Origin: Squalus acanthias
Taxonomy: Eukaryota
DNA length: 64,000 bases
Assembly (NCBI GenBank): GCA_030390025.1
Contig: JASTWF010000033.1
Span: forward strand, 2,234,001-2,298,000
Reading direction: 5' to 3'
Shown: positions 43,901 to 56,379 of the stretch, one piece after another
Layout: each line of letters starts with the position of its first letter
Numbering within the stretch: the stretch's first letter is position 1
Program-made: the position numbers and the translations under genes
Notes under the pieces: model-generated
Told to the model about the DNA's origin: nothing
The model's input: the letters and a program-made list of their open reading frames with translations, nothing else
The model's database searches: none

Positions 43901-46900
43901 TGAGCTGTGATTGGAGTGAGCTGGGAATGGAGTGAGCTGTGAATGGAATGAGCTGTGATTGGAGTGAGCTGGGAATGGAGTGAGCTGTGAATGGAATGAG
44001 CTGTGATTGGAGTGAGCTGTGAATGGAATGAGCTGTGATTGGAGTGAGCTGTGAATGGAATGAGCTGTGATTGGAGTGATCTGTGAATGGAGTGAGCTGT
44101 GAATGGAATGAGCTGGGAATGGAGTGAGCTGTGAATGGAATGAGCTGTGATTGGAGTGAGCTGTGAATGGAGTGAGCTGTGAATGGAATGAGCTGTGATT
44201 GGAGTGAGCTGGGAATGGAGTGAGCTGTGATTGGAATGAGCTGTGATTGGAGTGAGCTGTGAATGGAATGAGCTGTGATTGGAGTGAGCTGTGAATGGAG
44301 TGAGTTGGGAATGGAGTGAGCTGTGATTGTAATGAGCTGTGATTGGAGTGAGCTGTGAATGGAATGAGCTGTGATTGGAGTGAGCTGTGAATGGAGTGAG
44401 CTGGGAATGGAGTGAGCTGTGAATGGAGTGAGCTGTGATTGGAGTGAGCTGTGAATGGAATGAGCTGTGATTGGAGTGAGCTGTGATTGGAGTGAGCTGT
44501 GAATGGAGTGAGCTGTGAATGGAGTGAGCTGTGATTGGAGTGAGCTGTGAATGGAATGAGCTGTGATTGGAGTGAGCTGTGAATGGAATGAGCTGTGATT
44601 GGAGTGAGCTGTGATTGGAGTGATCTGTGAATGGAGTGAGCTGTGAATGGAATGAGCTGTGATTGGAGTGAGCTGTGAATGGAGTGAGCAGGGAATGGAG
44701 TGAGCTGGGAATTGTGTGAGCTGTGAATGGAGTGAGCTGGGGATGGAGTGAGCTGTAAATGGAATGAGCTGTGATTGGAGTGAGCTGTGATTGGAGTGAG
44801 CTGTGATTGGAGTGAGCTGGGAATGGATTGAGCTGTGAATGGAGTGAGCTGTGAATGGAGTGAGCTGTGATTGGAGTGAGCTGTGAGTGGAGTGAGCTGT
44901 GAATGGAGTGAGCTGTGAATGGAGTGAGCTGTGAATGGAGTGAGCTGTGAATGGAGTGAGCTGTGAATGGAGTGAGCTGTGATGGAGTGAGCTGTGAATG
45001 GAGTGAGCTGTGATTGGAGTGAGCTGTGAATGGAGTGAGCTGTGAATGGAGTGAGCTGTGAATGGAGTGAGCTGGGAATGGAGTGAGCTGTGAATGGAGT
45101 GAGCTGTGAATGGAGTGAGCTGTGAATGGAGTGAGCTGTGAATGGAGTGAGCTGTGAATGGAGTGAGCTGTGAATGGAGTGAGCTGGGAATGGAGTGAGC
45201 TGTGAATGGAGTGAGCTGGGAATGGAGTGAGCTGTGAATGGAGTGAGCTGTGAATGGAGTGAGCTGGGAATGGAGTGAGCTGTGAATGGAGTGAGCTGTG
45301 AATGGAGTGAGCTGTGAATGGAGTGAGCTGGGATGGAGTGAGCTGTGAATGGAGTGAGCTGTGAATGGAGTGAGCTGGGAATGGAGTGAGCTGTGAATGG
45401 AATGAGCTGTGATTGGAGTGAGCTGTGAATGGAGTGAGCTGTGAATGGAATGAGCTGTGATTGGAGTGAGCTGTGAATGGAATGAGCTGTGATTGGAGTG
45501 ATCTGTGAATGGAGTGAGCTGTGAATGGAATGAGCTGTGATTGGAGTGAGCTGTGAATGGAATGAGCTGTGATTGGAGTGAGCTGTGAATGGAGTGAGTT
45601 GGGAATGGAGTGAGCTGTGAATGGTGTGAGCTGGGAATGGAGTGAGCTGTGAATGGAGTGAGCTGCGAATGGAGTGAGCTGTGAATGGAGTGAGCTGTGA
45701 ATGGAATGAGCTGTGATTGGAGTGAGCTGGGAATGGAGTGAGCTGTGAATGGAATGAGCTGTGATTGGAGTGAGCTGTGAATGGAGTGAGCTGTGAATGG
45801 AATGAGCTGTGATTGGAGTGAGCTGTGAATGGAGTGAGCTGTGAATGGAATGAGCTGTGATTGGAGTCAGCTGTGAATGGAGTGAGTTGGGAATGGAGTG
45901 AGCTGTGATTGGAGTGAGCTGTGAATGGAGTGAGTTGGGAATGGAGTGAGCTGTGATTGTAATGAGCTGTGATTGGAGTGAGCTGTGAATGGAATGAGCT
46001 GTGATTGGAGTGAGCTGTGAATGGAGTGAGCTGGGAATGGAGTGAGCTGTGAATGGAATGAGCTGTGATTGGAGTGAGCTGTGAATGGAATGAGCTGTGA
46101 TTGGAGTGAGCTGTGATTGGAGTGAGCTGTGAATGGAATGAGCTGTGATTGGAGTGAGCTGTGAATGGAATGAGCTGTGATTGGAGTGAGCTGTGATTGG
46201 AGTGATCTGTGAATGGAGTGAGCTGTGAATGGAATGAGCTGTGATTGGAGTGAGCTGTGAATGGAGTGAGCAGGGAATGGAGTGAGCTGTAAATGGAATG
46301 AGCTGTGATTGGAGTGAGCTGTGATTGGAGTGAGCTGTGATTGGAGTGAGCTGGGAATGGATTGAGCTGTGAATGGAGTGAGCTGTGAATGGAGTGAGCT
46401 GTGATTGGAGTGAGCTGTGAGTGGAGTGAGCTGTGAATGGAGTGAGCTGGGGATGGAGTGAGCTGTGAATGGAGTGAGCTGTGAATGGAGTGAGCTGTGA
46501 ATGGAGTGAGCTGGGGATGGAGTGAGCTGTGAATGGAATGAGCTGTGATTGGAGTGAGCTGGGAATGGATTGAGCTGTGAATGGAGTGAGCTGTGAATGG
46601 AGTGAGCTGGGAATGGAGTGAGCTTTGAATGGAATGAGCTGTGAATGGAGTGAGCTGTGAATGGAGTGAGCTGGGAATGGAGTGAGCTGTGAATGGAGTG
46701 AGCTGTGAATGGAGTGTACTGGGAATGGAGTGAGCTGTGAATGGAATGAGCTGGGAATGGAGTGAGCTGTGAATGGAGTGAGCTGTGAATGGAGTGAGCT
46801 GGGAATGGAGTGAGCTGTGAATGGAATGAGCTGTGAATGGAGTGAGCTGTGAATGGAGTGAGCTGGGGTTGGAGTGAGCTGTGAATGGAGTGAGCTGTGA

Positions 46901-47631
46901 ATGGAGTGAGCTGGGAATGGAGTGAGCTGTGAATGGAATGAGCTGGGAATGGAGTGAGCTGTGAATGGAGTGAGCTGGGGATGGAGTGAGCTGTGAATGG
47001 AGTGAGCTGGGGATGGAGTGAGCTGTGATTTGAGTGAGCTGGGGATGGAGTGAGCTGTGATTGGAAGAGCTGGGAATGGATTGAGCTGTGAATGGAGTGA
47101 GCTGTGAATGGAGTGAGCTGTGAATGGAATGAGCTGGGAATGGAGTGAGCTGTGAATGGAGTGAGCTGGGGATGGAGTGAGCTGTGAATGGAATGAGCTG
47201 GGAATGGAGTGAGCTGTGAATGGAATGAGCTGGGAATGGAGTGAGCTGGGAATGGAGTGAGTTGTGAATGGAGTGAGCTGTGATTGGAGTGAGCTGGGAA
47301 TGGATTGAGCTGGGAATGGAGTGAGCTGTGAATGGAGTGAGCTGTGAATGGAATGAGCTGTGATTGGAGTGAGCTGTGAATGGAGTGAGTTGTGAATGGA
47401 GTGAGCTGTGATTGGAGTGAGCTGGGAATGGATTGAGCTGTGAATGGATTGAGCTGGGAATGGAATGAGCTGTGAATGGAGTGAGCTGGGAATGGAGTGA
47501 GCTGGGAATGGAATGAGCTGTGAATGGAGTGAGCTGGGAATGGAGTGAGCTGTGAGTGGAATGAGCTGTGAATGGAGTGAGCTGGGAATGGAATGAGCAG
47601 GGATTGGAGTGAGCTGGGAATGGAATGGGAA
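37946..47631. repeat. 16-bp G-rich satellite, consensus TGGAGTGAGCTG(T/G)GA(A/T), about 600 copies
   Basis: Directly visible. Degenerate and GGGAA-dominated from 37946 to about 41850; more homogeneous with TGTGAA/TGTGAT variants from about 41900 to 47631. Confidence 0.97.
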
Positions 47632-47859
47632 TTAAATGGAAAGTAGTTGTACAGAAATTGCCTTTTTTAATTGAGCTGACATTTAATCTTAAGGTGCTGA
47701 GTAAATTAAGTGAAAAACGTGACACTGTCCCGAATGACCACAACTTCGCAAAATGTCTGTGTCTTGAGTCAGTCAGAGTTGTTGAACTGGATGTCGAGTT
47801 AGAGACAGTCTGACACATAAGGGAGGGGGAGAAATATCTGGAACGTTTACTCCTGTCCG

Positions 47860-48055
47860 AGTGAGCAGTCCTGCGGAAGGAACGGAGTCCGAGACCGGGG
47901 ATAAAGGGAGCGCGGAGCAGAGGTCTGGGAGTCTGAGTGAGCGGACTACCTGCGAGGAGGACAGTCGACAAGCCGCACAACGAAGGAGTGACGTCATAAT
48001 TCAAAGGTGTCGCTGGCACAAGAGAGCTGTGAGGTGAGTAGCGGGTGAGTATTTG
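47860..48055 (+). promoter_or_regulatory. CpG-rich promoter/5'UTR-like segment with a perfect CRE and two splice donors (possibly a LINE 5' end)
   Basis: TGACGTCA at 47989-47996; GAG|GTGAGT at 48034 and GG|GTGAGT at 48045. Confidence 0.3.
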
Positions 48056-48129
48056 TGATACGCCAAGTATCTATTTGTAGCCCGTTTGATATTGTACTTC
48101 CGATTCCAGAATCCAAAACATTTATGTAA

Positions 48130-48337
48130 AGGGTGAACAGCTGCTGTCCCAGCGCCGATCCATTTCAAGTGTCACTTACGTCCTTCAATCAGACTGAGTC
48201 GGTAACTTTAATCCCATGTATCTACTTGAAGCCATTTTCGATCCATTCTGTCACACGCCCCCTAACGCCACCTGCTCTGACTTTAGTCACGAGTCTACTA
48301 TGTGGCACCTTATCAAAGGCCTTTTGAAAGTCCATGT
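48130..48337 (-). mobile_element. CR1 RT fragment
   Basis: Minus strand encodes MDFQKAFDKVPHSRLVTKVRAGGVRGRVTEWIEN, a CR1 RT motif. Confidence 0.85.
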
Positions 48338-48339
48338 GG

Positions 48340-48935
48340 GAGAATTTCTTTATCGCCCCGTTTGGGGAGGTAATTTTTGAAAGCTGTGAAACTTAGCGCC
48401 AGGTGATAATGATTCCCAGATTTTGCAAAGTTATTTGTTTGCTCTCCAGGAAGGAAGTGGAGCGTTAAATCCAGCGCCCCACTTACTTCCTGCAGCACTA
48501 AAGGACTCAGGTGGGGCGATAGTGGAGCAGCGCTGCACAATGTCCCGTTCAGCGCTGCCGCTATCCGAGGGTTCTTCCCTCCCTTAAAGGGAAGGGCCAG
48601 CACTGCAGGAAGTGCTTTGGGACCAGTTAGCTGGTCCCCAACGGCAGCCGCGATCCGCGATCCGCGACCGGCCCGATCAGACGCAACCACTAAGTAGAGT
48701 GCCGGTCTGATCAATCGAGGCCCAGGAGAATTGAAAAAAATGATTAAAAAAATTCGAGAAATGTTCCTACTTACCTGGGCAACCTCCCCTTTAACTTACT
48801 CCCCCGAAGCGCCCGACCTCCCGAACAACGCCTCCTGCAGCTGCCGATGTTTTCGCCCGGCGATGCTGCAGGGGGCGGAACCGAAGTTCGGGTCGGGTCG
48901 CTACCGAGGCGATGCGCACGGCAATGACGTCACGA
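48340..48935. other. GC/CpG-rich segment, probably a non-autonomous interspersed repeat remnant
   Basis: Abrupt rise in GC and CpG between AT-rich CR1 debris; no credible ORF; second TGACGTCA at 48925-48932. Confidence 0.35.
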
Positions 48936-48959
48936 TCTACTCTTTGAACTGAGCAAAGT

Positions 48960-50025
48960 AACTATTCAATATTTTTGCTGTTTCACTGACATTTCCGGCA
49001 TCACCGAATGGTCTCCCTCTGTGATTAACAGTGAGTTTATATTGTGCCTTAGCAGTCTTTTCACTATCTTAATTTTACTTTTATTATGTATGTGTTTGTT
49101 TCGTATTTCCTCTTTGCCTTCCTGATTGATTGATGTCTTATTTCGTAACAGGTTTCTCTCCCTTTTGTCATCCACTAATTCTTGTATATGTATTAGAATA
49201 TGCCTTTTTCTTGAATTGCAGTTTTACACTTTCCTCTTTATTCTTCCGTGCTGTCTCATTATTGAATAGTTTGGTCTGTGTTTTAACCGAATAAACCTCC
49301 CCATAATTTTCTTGAGCTCATTTTAAATATTTGTCACGGCACTTTGTCAGTATTTTGTTTGCAGCTTACTTGTCCTATTTCCATTCCCATCCCCTCATAA
49401 GAAGCTTTATTCCCATTCTATTACATTGGTCTTTGTCTTACAAAAGTCTTTCTCACTCAATAACTTAAAACTTCTGTTGCCTGCTGTGGCCCATTTCTCA
49501 TTGCTACAGCCAACATTCACTAAGTTCTTACGATAGCAAAATACTGCAGATGCTGGAAATCCGAAATAACAACAGAAAACGCTGGAAAAACTCAGCAGGC
49601 CAGGCAGCATCCGTGGAGAGAGAAAGAGAGTTGACGTTTCAGGTCGATGAGTTTTTCCAGCGTTTTCTGTTGTTATTTCACTAAGTTCTTGTTGGGATTC
49701 TTACGTATTGGGTAAGAAAGAAGTTCTGTACAAACTATAAAAATTGCATTCCGTTTTCCCCTTTCCCTACCTCTTCTTGAAGGTTTAGGTTGTGGTAGTT
49801 GAAATACCAGATGATTATTTTCTCTGTATTTCACTCATTTCATTGATCTGCATAGATATATCTCAGTCCACTTCCCTTCCACTATTAGGTGATCTATAGT
49901 TTACCCCTATTAGTGTGAGCGATCCCTTCTCATCCTTTATCACAATCCATATGGATTCTGTTTCTATCGTACTCTTTGATTTCTCATTTCTTTCTGCTAC
50001 CAATATGTTACCTCTAATGAGTACA
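48960..50025 (-). mobile_element. Old CR1 fragments (endonuclease and linker region), interrupted by a Penelope fragment
   Basis: Minus strand near 49875-50020 encodes ETESIWIVIKDEKGSLTLIGVNYRSPNSG, the CR1 APE-endonuclease motif. The left boundary is approximate. Confidence 0.65.
49530..49679 (-). mobile_element. Short Penelope-like 3' fragment with an inverted arm and a 14-bp target-site duplication
   Basis: Nearly identical to 57885-58004; perfect 32-bp inverted repeat 49563-49594/49648-49679; flanking direct repeat TTCACTAAGTTCTT at 49516-49529 and 49677-49690. Confidence 0.85.
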
Positions 50026-51149
50026 TCTAGTGAGGGCAGGAACTACGAAATTAAAAGAAGACCAAGAGTGGAAGATGAATACAGGAAACGCAACTACAAG
50101 TGAATCAGTGAGAAATAGAAAGCAGTTATAACAAGCAACAAGAGGAGAGATTGAAAGACAAACAGGAAGGTCAGAAATTCAGAAATAGAAAGCGAATAGG
50201 AAAAATCGAGGGGGCAGCTGAGAGACAGTAGGAGCTAACAATATAAAAAACATAAGCTCACACGCTCCATAGAAATCCAACATTAGAAAGTGCCAGATGA
50301 CAAGTAAGGAGTCCTACGGTTCAATCAATCGTCATTTTTATTTATTAATATTCACAGACTTCATTCAATTTGACAATGCTCTTATCATCGATAAAACTGA
50401 TTATTTATTTTTAAACATCTATTTCTAAACTTTATCTGATGTGCTGTAAACTACAGCCCAGCTCTGTCTGTCTCCCTGTTGAGCAGATATCACTGTGGAT
50501 GAGACACACGGATTGTTGCATGAAATGGATGAACTGACTAACACAGGAGCTCAGCTGAAACTCAACAAAATAGCTGCCCTGCACGTGAAGCACAAATGGC
50601 GGAGCAGCCAATCAAAATAGAGACCTGACCCGTAAATCTATTTCTAACCTGTCCCTGAATGTAATGCACATATCGAGCGATTCCTGCTGCAATTCAGGAG
50701 ATGGAAACCTAGGGATCAATATTAGATTAGTGACCTGGAAACACTCGGTACCACCTCTGGGCTTAGCTCAGTTAGTTTTTAATAATTAATTTAATAATCA
50801 GAGTAACCCGATATTTCACCGCGCTCTTGAAATGCTCTCTGAATGTGGTCTGTGTCAACCTGAAAATAAATGTGTTTGTGCAGCAAACTTAATTCTGCAG
50901 CATAAATCCGACTTCTTCAAAAATCATTAATGAATCATTGTAATCTAAGTAATTTGTTCCTCCAATGATATAATATAGGAATTATATAACATATGGCAAC
51001 CACAAAAGTATGAAGCTCCCGGAAATTGTGCAGAGTAAAATGACGAACTTCCTTCTGCTCTCTAGCTCTGAGTCACTGCCGTTCTCTCCCTTGCTCTGAC
51101 CACTCAGTATTGGCTGAGCAGTAATTTTCTCCAACTAAATATTGATAAG

Positions 51150-51970
51150 ATTGAAAACTTTGCTGCCCCGCACAAACTCCGTTCCCTGACCGTTTCCATC
51201 ACTGGAAACTGTCTTCGGCTAATCCAGACCGTTCGACACTTTGGCCTTGTGTTTGGAACCGAGATGAGTTTCTGACCGCATATCCGCACCATCACCAATA
51301 CAGCCTACTTCCAACTCCGTAACATATCTAGACTCCGATCCTGCCTCAGATCAGCTTCTGCTGAAACCCTCACCCAGGCCTTTGTTGTTGCTAGAATTGA
51401 CTATTCCAATGTTCGCCTGGCTGGCCTCCCACATTCTACCCTACGGAAACTTGTGCAAATCTAAAAGTCTGCTGCCGGCATCTTAACTCGCTCCAAATCG
51501 CATTCAACCATTACCCCTGTGCTCGCTGGCCTTCACTGTCTCCCGGGCCGACAATGCCTCAATTTTAAAATCCACATCCCTGTTTTCAAATACCTCAATG
51601 TCCTCGCTCCTCCCTCTCTCTGCAACCTCCTCAAGTCCTACGATCCTCCGAGATATCTGCATTCATTCAATTCTGGCCTCTTGTGCATCCTCGATTTTAA
51701 TCGCTCCACCATTGGAGGCTGTGATTTTAGATGCCTTGACTCTAAGCTCTGGAGTTCCCTCCCTGAACTTCTCCGTCTCTTTACCTCTCGTTCCTCTATT
51801 AAGATGCTTCTTAAAGCCTACCTCTTTGATCAAGCATGTTGTTATCTGCCCTGATACCTCCTGTGGCTCGGTTCCAAAAATTATCATGTTTTATTGATAT
51901 CGCTCTTGTTAAGCACCTTGAGACGTTTTACGATGTTAAATGCTCTTTATAAATGTACGTTGTTGTTGTT
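51150..51970 (+). mobile_element. L2-clade LINE 3' fragment
   Basis: Degenerate AYFQLRNISRLR...AETLTQAFV..RIDYSN...ITPVLAGLH..P motifs of L2 ORF2; ends in tataaatgtacgttgttgttgtt tail. Confidence 0.85.
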
Positions 51971-52555
51971 TGCTGAACACCTCTGTTCAGTCCGCAAGCG
52001 GCAGCTTGAGCTTCCGGTCACTTGCTATTTTAATTCTTTGCCCCACTCCCGCTCTGATCATCTGTCCTCGGCCTCCTGCACTGCTCTAATGAACCTCAAC
52101 GGAAACTCGAGGAACTGCATCTCCTGTTTGGATCAGGCACTTTACAACCTTCCGGACTCAACACCGAGTTCAACAATTTCAGCTCCTAACCACTGCTCCC
52201 ATTTTCTCGGACAGCAGATGCTGTAATGATTCTGCTGTTCCCATTTTCAGCTCCTCTAGACCCATTTGTTGTTTCTTTATTTTCCATTTGCCGTGCACCA
52301 ACGTCCCTTGTGTCATTTAATCACTCTTGCCTTCCTTCCCATCACAGAACTCGCCATTTGTTCTGTTCTCTCCTCCTCCGCTTTCCTTGCCTCTGTACTT
52401 GTCGTATCTCTAACTTTTTCCAGTTCTAATGAAAGGTTGCTGATATGAAAAGTTTACACTGTTTCTCTCTCCTTTTGTGCTACCTGATCTGTGGAGTGTT
52501 TCCAGTGTGTTCTGTTTATATTTCAGATTTCCGGCATCTGCAGTATTTTGCTTTT
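51968..52555 (+). mobile_element. Older Penelope-like element 3' fragment (GIY-YIG C-terminus, decayed hammerhead)
   Basis: FAEHLCSVRKRQLELPVTCYFNSLPHS matches the 58298-58708 protein; ends in atttccggcatctgcagtattttgc; decayed ribozyme core cagttctaatgaaagg...tgaaa near 52420. Confidence 0.85.
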
Positions 52556-52985
52556 GTGGAGCAATATAAATGGTAATCAGGAGCTGAGCAGAGTCCTCAG
52601 CAGTTCTGAGAGATTCTGGGTAGAATTAACCGGTGAATGAGGATTCAGAGCCAGGAGAGGCGATCGAGATCTGAGAAGAGAAGAACGGAACACACTCACA
52701 ATAATTGGATCAATGCATCAAACAATCTCATTACTCGTTAAGCACACTCATCAGTTCAATGATGTAAAGGATTTATTCAAAGAGCCTAGTTTTTGAAGAA
52801 GAAAATTGTCTCTTGTGCAAGTTCTGAATGTAAAAAATATCCGCTCCGAATCATGGGACTGAATTTTTTAGACAACCCCGGATCAGTTACTGTAGTGGAA
52901 GCGGCAACAAATATAGATCCTGTGTGGAATAATCTGGCCTCAAAATGCATGTTCATGGCCTGGAAGTTGTACGAATTAAAGTGTG

Positions 52986-55250
52986 ATCATAGAATCATAG
53001 AAGCATAGAAAGTGACAGCACGGAAGGAGGCCGTTTCGGTCCATCGTATCCAAACCGGCCAACAAAGAGCTATCCAGCCTATCCCACTTCCCAGCACTTG
53101 GTCCGTAGCCCTGCAGGTTACAGCATCGCAAGTGCACATCCAAGTACCTTTTAAATGTGTTTAAGGTTTCTACCTCTACACACTTTCAGGCAGTGAGTTC
53201 CAGACTCCCACAAGCCTCTGGGTGAAGAAACTGTCCCTCAAATCCCCGCTAAACCTACGACCAATTACTAAAATTCGGTGCCACTTGGTTTTTGACTCCT
53301 ATGCTAAGGGAAATCGTTCCTTTATATCCACTTTATCTAGGCCCCTCATAATTTTATACACCTCAATAAGGTCTCCCCTCAGCCTCCACTGTTCCAAGGA
53401 AAACAAACCCAGCCTATCCAGTCTTTCCTCATAGCTAAGATTCACTATTCCCGGAAACATCCTTGTAAATCTCCTCTGTAACCTCTCTAGTGCAATCACA
53501 TCTTTCCTGTAATGTGGTGACTAGAACTGCACGCAGTATTCTAGCTGAAGCCTAACTAGTGCTTTATACAGTTGAAGCATAACCCCCTGATCTTGTATTC
53601 TAAGCCACGGCTAATAAAGACAAACATTCCGTATACCTTCTTAACCACCTAATCTACCTGGCCTGCTACCTTCAGGGATCTGTGAACATGCACTCCAAGG
53701 TCCCTTTCTTCCTCTACACTACTCAGTGTCCTACCATTTAATGTGTATTCCCTTTCCTTGTTAGCCCTCACCAAATGCATTATCTCACACTTCTCTGGAT
53801 TGAAGTCCATTTGCCACTGATTTGCCAACCTGACAATTTTTTTGATGACTTCCTGCAGTCTACAGCTTCCTTCTTATGTATGAACCACACAAACGATTTC
53901 AGTATCATCTGCAAACTTTTTATCATACCCCCAATATTCAAGTCTTCATCATTGATATATACCACAAAAAGCAAGGGTCTTGGTGCTGAGCCCTGCAGAA
54001 CCCCACTGGAAACAGTCTTCCAGTCACATAAGCACCCTTCAACCATTACTCTCTGCTTCCTGCCTCCGACCCAGTTTTGAATCCAACTTGACACTTTGCC
54101 CTGGATCCCATCGGCTTTTAACTTCGTGACCAGTCTGCCATGTGGAACCTTAACAAGAGCCTTGCTAAAGTCCACATACACGACATCAAATGCACTACCC
54201 TCATCTACCCTCCTTGTTGCCTCCTCAAAAAATTCAATCAAGTTTGTCAGACACGACTTTCGCTTAACAAATCCGTGCTGACTATCCTTGATTAATCCAT
54301 GTCTTTCTAAATGAAGATTTATCCTGTCCTTCAGAATTAATTCCAATAATTTCCCCACCACCGAGGTTAGGTTGACTGGCCTGTAATTTCTCGGTATACT
54401 TTTCTCCCTTTTTAAAAAAGAGTACCACATTAGCAGTCCTCCAGTCCTCCGGCATCGCACCTGAAGCCAGAGAATTGGAAAATGATGGACAAAGCCTCTG
54501 CTATTTCCTCTTTTGCTTCGCTTAACAGCCTGGCATACATTTGATCCGGGCCTGGGGATTTATCCACTTTTTAAAACTGCTAAACCCCTTAATACTGCCT
54601 CTCTCACTATGATAATTTCATCTAATACATCAACTTCTCCTCCCTGATAGCAATGTCTGCTGCGCCCCTCTCCTCTGTGAAAACAGACGCAACGTTTTCA
54701 CTAGGAACCCTACCGCCTCCACACACAGATTACCCTCATGATCGCTAATAGGCCCTACCCTTTCTTTAGTTATCCTCTTACTATTAATATATTTATAAAA
54801 CATCTTTGGGTTTTCCTTTATTTTATTTGCCAAAAATGTTTCATGCTCTCTCGTTGCTTTCCTGATATCCTTTTTAATTGCACCCCTGCAGTTTTTGTAT
54901 TCCTCTGAAGATTATGCAGTATTTAGCCCTCGGTATCTGTCATATGCCTCCCTTCTTTCTTTATTCTACCCTGTATGTCTCTAGACATCCAGGGAACCCT
55001 GGATTTGTTAGTCCCACCTTTTTTCTTTAAGGGCACATATTTGGTCTGCACACGCCGCATCTTCTCCTTGAATGCCTCCCATGCTCAGACACTGATTTAC
55101 CGTCAAATAGCTGCTTCCATTCCACTATGGCTAACTCACCTCTGAGCTTAGCAAAATTTGCCTTTCCCCAATTTAGAACTTTTATTCCTGGTCGATCCTT
55201 TTCCTTTCCCATAACTACCTTAAATCTAACTGAATTATGGTCACTAGCAC
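52986..55250 (-). mobile_element. CR1 LINE, 5'-truncated ORF2 pseudogene (end of endonuclease, RT, 3' UTR)
   Basis: NYRPVNLTSVVGKLLE, SQHGFVK, DFSKALVKVPH, SGVLQGS, RLRGDLIEVYKIM; ASDHNSVRF endonuclease motif at about 55222-55248; (CTATGATT)-type tail at 52986-53008; several frameshifts. Confidence 0.95.
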
Positions 55251-55730
55251 TGTAGGAGTAAACATTTATTATAGGGTTTTAAACAGAAATGTAAATTAAA
55301 GAATGTGCCATAAGAAGTAAATTCGTAAATAGAAAATGGTTTCGCTGACAGTGCGATGAGTAATGTCTGTGGTCAACATTGAGGCCCACCAACGTGGCAA
55401 CCAAGACAATAATAGTACAACGATTACACAATCACCGTATGATCGGCTAGTCCGAATGGACAGATGTGAGGCAAACCGCTATGCTTGTAGTTTCGGTAGG
55501 GAAGTAACATTTGAACCTAACATACATATTATAATTAGAAATCTGTTGCTAAGGCTATGCGATTGGATGAATAATGTATAAAAGGAGTCTCATACCACTG
55601 AAATTTTGAGAAGAAGCAAGTCACTAGACTGTGGAGTTTATGGCTTCTTCTCTCAGAGATCTCTGAATATTAATAAACTGTTTGCTTGACCTATCAACAC
55701 AGACTGGAGTGAAGTAATTTCTCCACAACA
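55251..55730 (+). repeat. 5' LTR
   Basis: TGTAGGAG...CTCCACAACA; ATTGG 55562-55566, TATAAAA 55577-55583, AATAAA 55672-55677; about 92-93% identical to the 3' LTR by manual count. Confidence 0.95.
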
Positions 55731-55732
55731 AA

Positions 55733-55750
55733 TGGCGTAGTCGGCAGGAT
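55733..55750 (+). promoter_or_regulatory. Primer-binding site, tRNA-Ser
   Basis: TGGCGTAGTCGGCAGGAT, 2 nt after the LTR, is the reverse complement of the vertebrate tRNA-Ser 3' end ATCCTGCCGACTACG-CCA. Confidence 0.92.
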
Positions 55751-56187
55751 AATTCGGAGGTGAAAGACCGCCTGTACCAGTGAACACGGCGATTAGTCAA
55801 ATGTTTGACCACCCAGAAATTGGGTCACTTGGCAGGGCAGTGTGACGGCGACGCAGTATCCAACGAATCTGGTGTCTGTGACGGGTAAGAAACAGTTTAT
55901 TAAAACCTAGGTAGCGCATAAGGTGTTTGTAATATTGAAATAATAATGTTAACCAAACGTATTAATAGTAGTTAAGATATTTGAAGCCTGATGTGTTATT
56001 TCGGACTGTAAATATCTCGAGGACCCATGCTGAGCCGAAATTAAGAGGGCGATTGGGTCCCACGTGACGGCCCGAGTTAGTTGGGAATCCGAGATCGACA
56101 AAGAATTTTTAAGAAACTCTGCTGCGTTGCGTTGCGGGATCTGTTGGATGGTATTACGTGAAGAATTGTGATAATGTATTAATGGCT

Positions 56188-56260
56188 ACAAGTGAAACAT
56201 CACCCCTGAGACAAGTGAAATAATCACCTCTGAGACAAGTGAAACCTTCACCTCTGAGAT
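56188..56260 (+). repeat. Three copies of a 23-24 bp repeat in the ERV leader
   Basis: acaagtgaaa(cat/taat/cctt)cacc(c/t)ctgag x3. Confidence 0.8.
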
Positions 56261-56379
56261 CAAGATAGTTAAAAGTCAGGCCGCCATCATACAAGTGGTG
56301 GACGATAGGCAGAACCTCTGAGAACGAGTTGCTAGGGCGCACCGGAACGAGGTGAACTAGTGACAAAGAATAATACATT

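Noticed and set aside
1..47631. CRISPR array or telomeric repeat interpretation of the tandem arrays
   Set aside because: No unique spacers, no cas genes, eukaryotic context; neither unit is TTAGGG-based.
43004..48019. 1671-aa His/Ser/Pro-rich ORF and similar ORFs at 37778-41816
   Set aside because: The C-rich strand of the 16-bp satellite lacks stop codons in all frames, so long ORFs are expected; the N-terminal unique part has no recognisable domain.
55733..55750. tRNA-Ser gene
   Set aside because: Only the 18-nt complement of the tRNA 3' end including CCA is present, directly after the LTR; it is a PBS.
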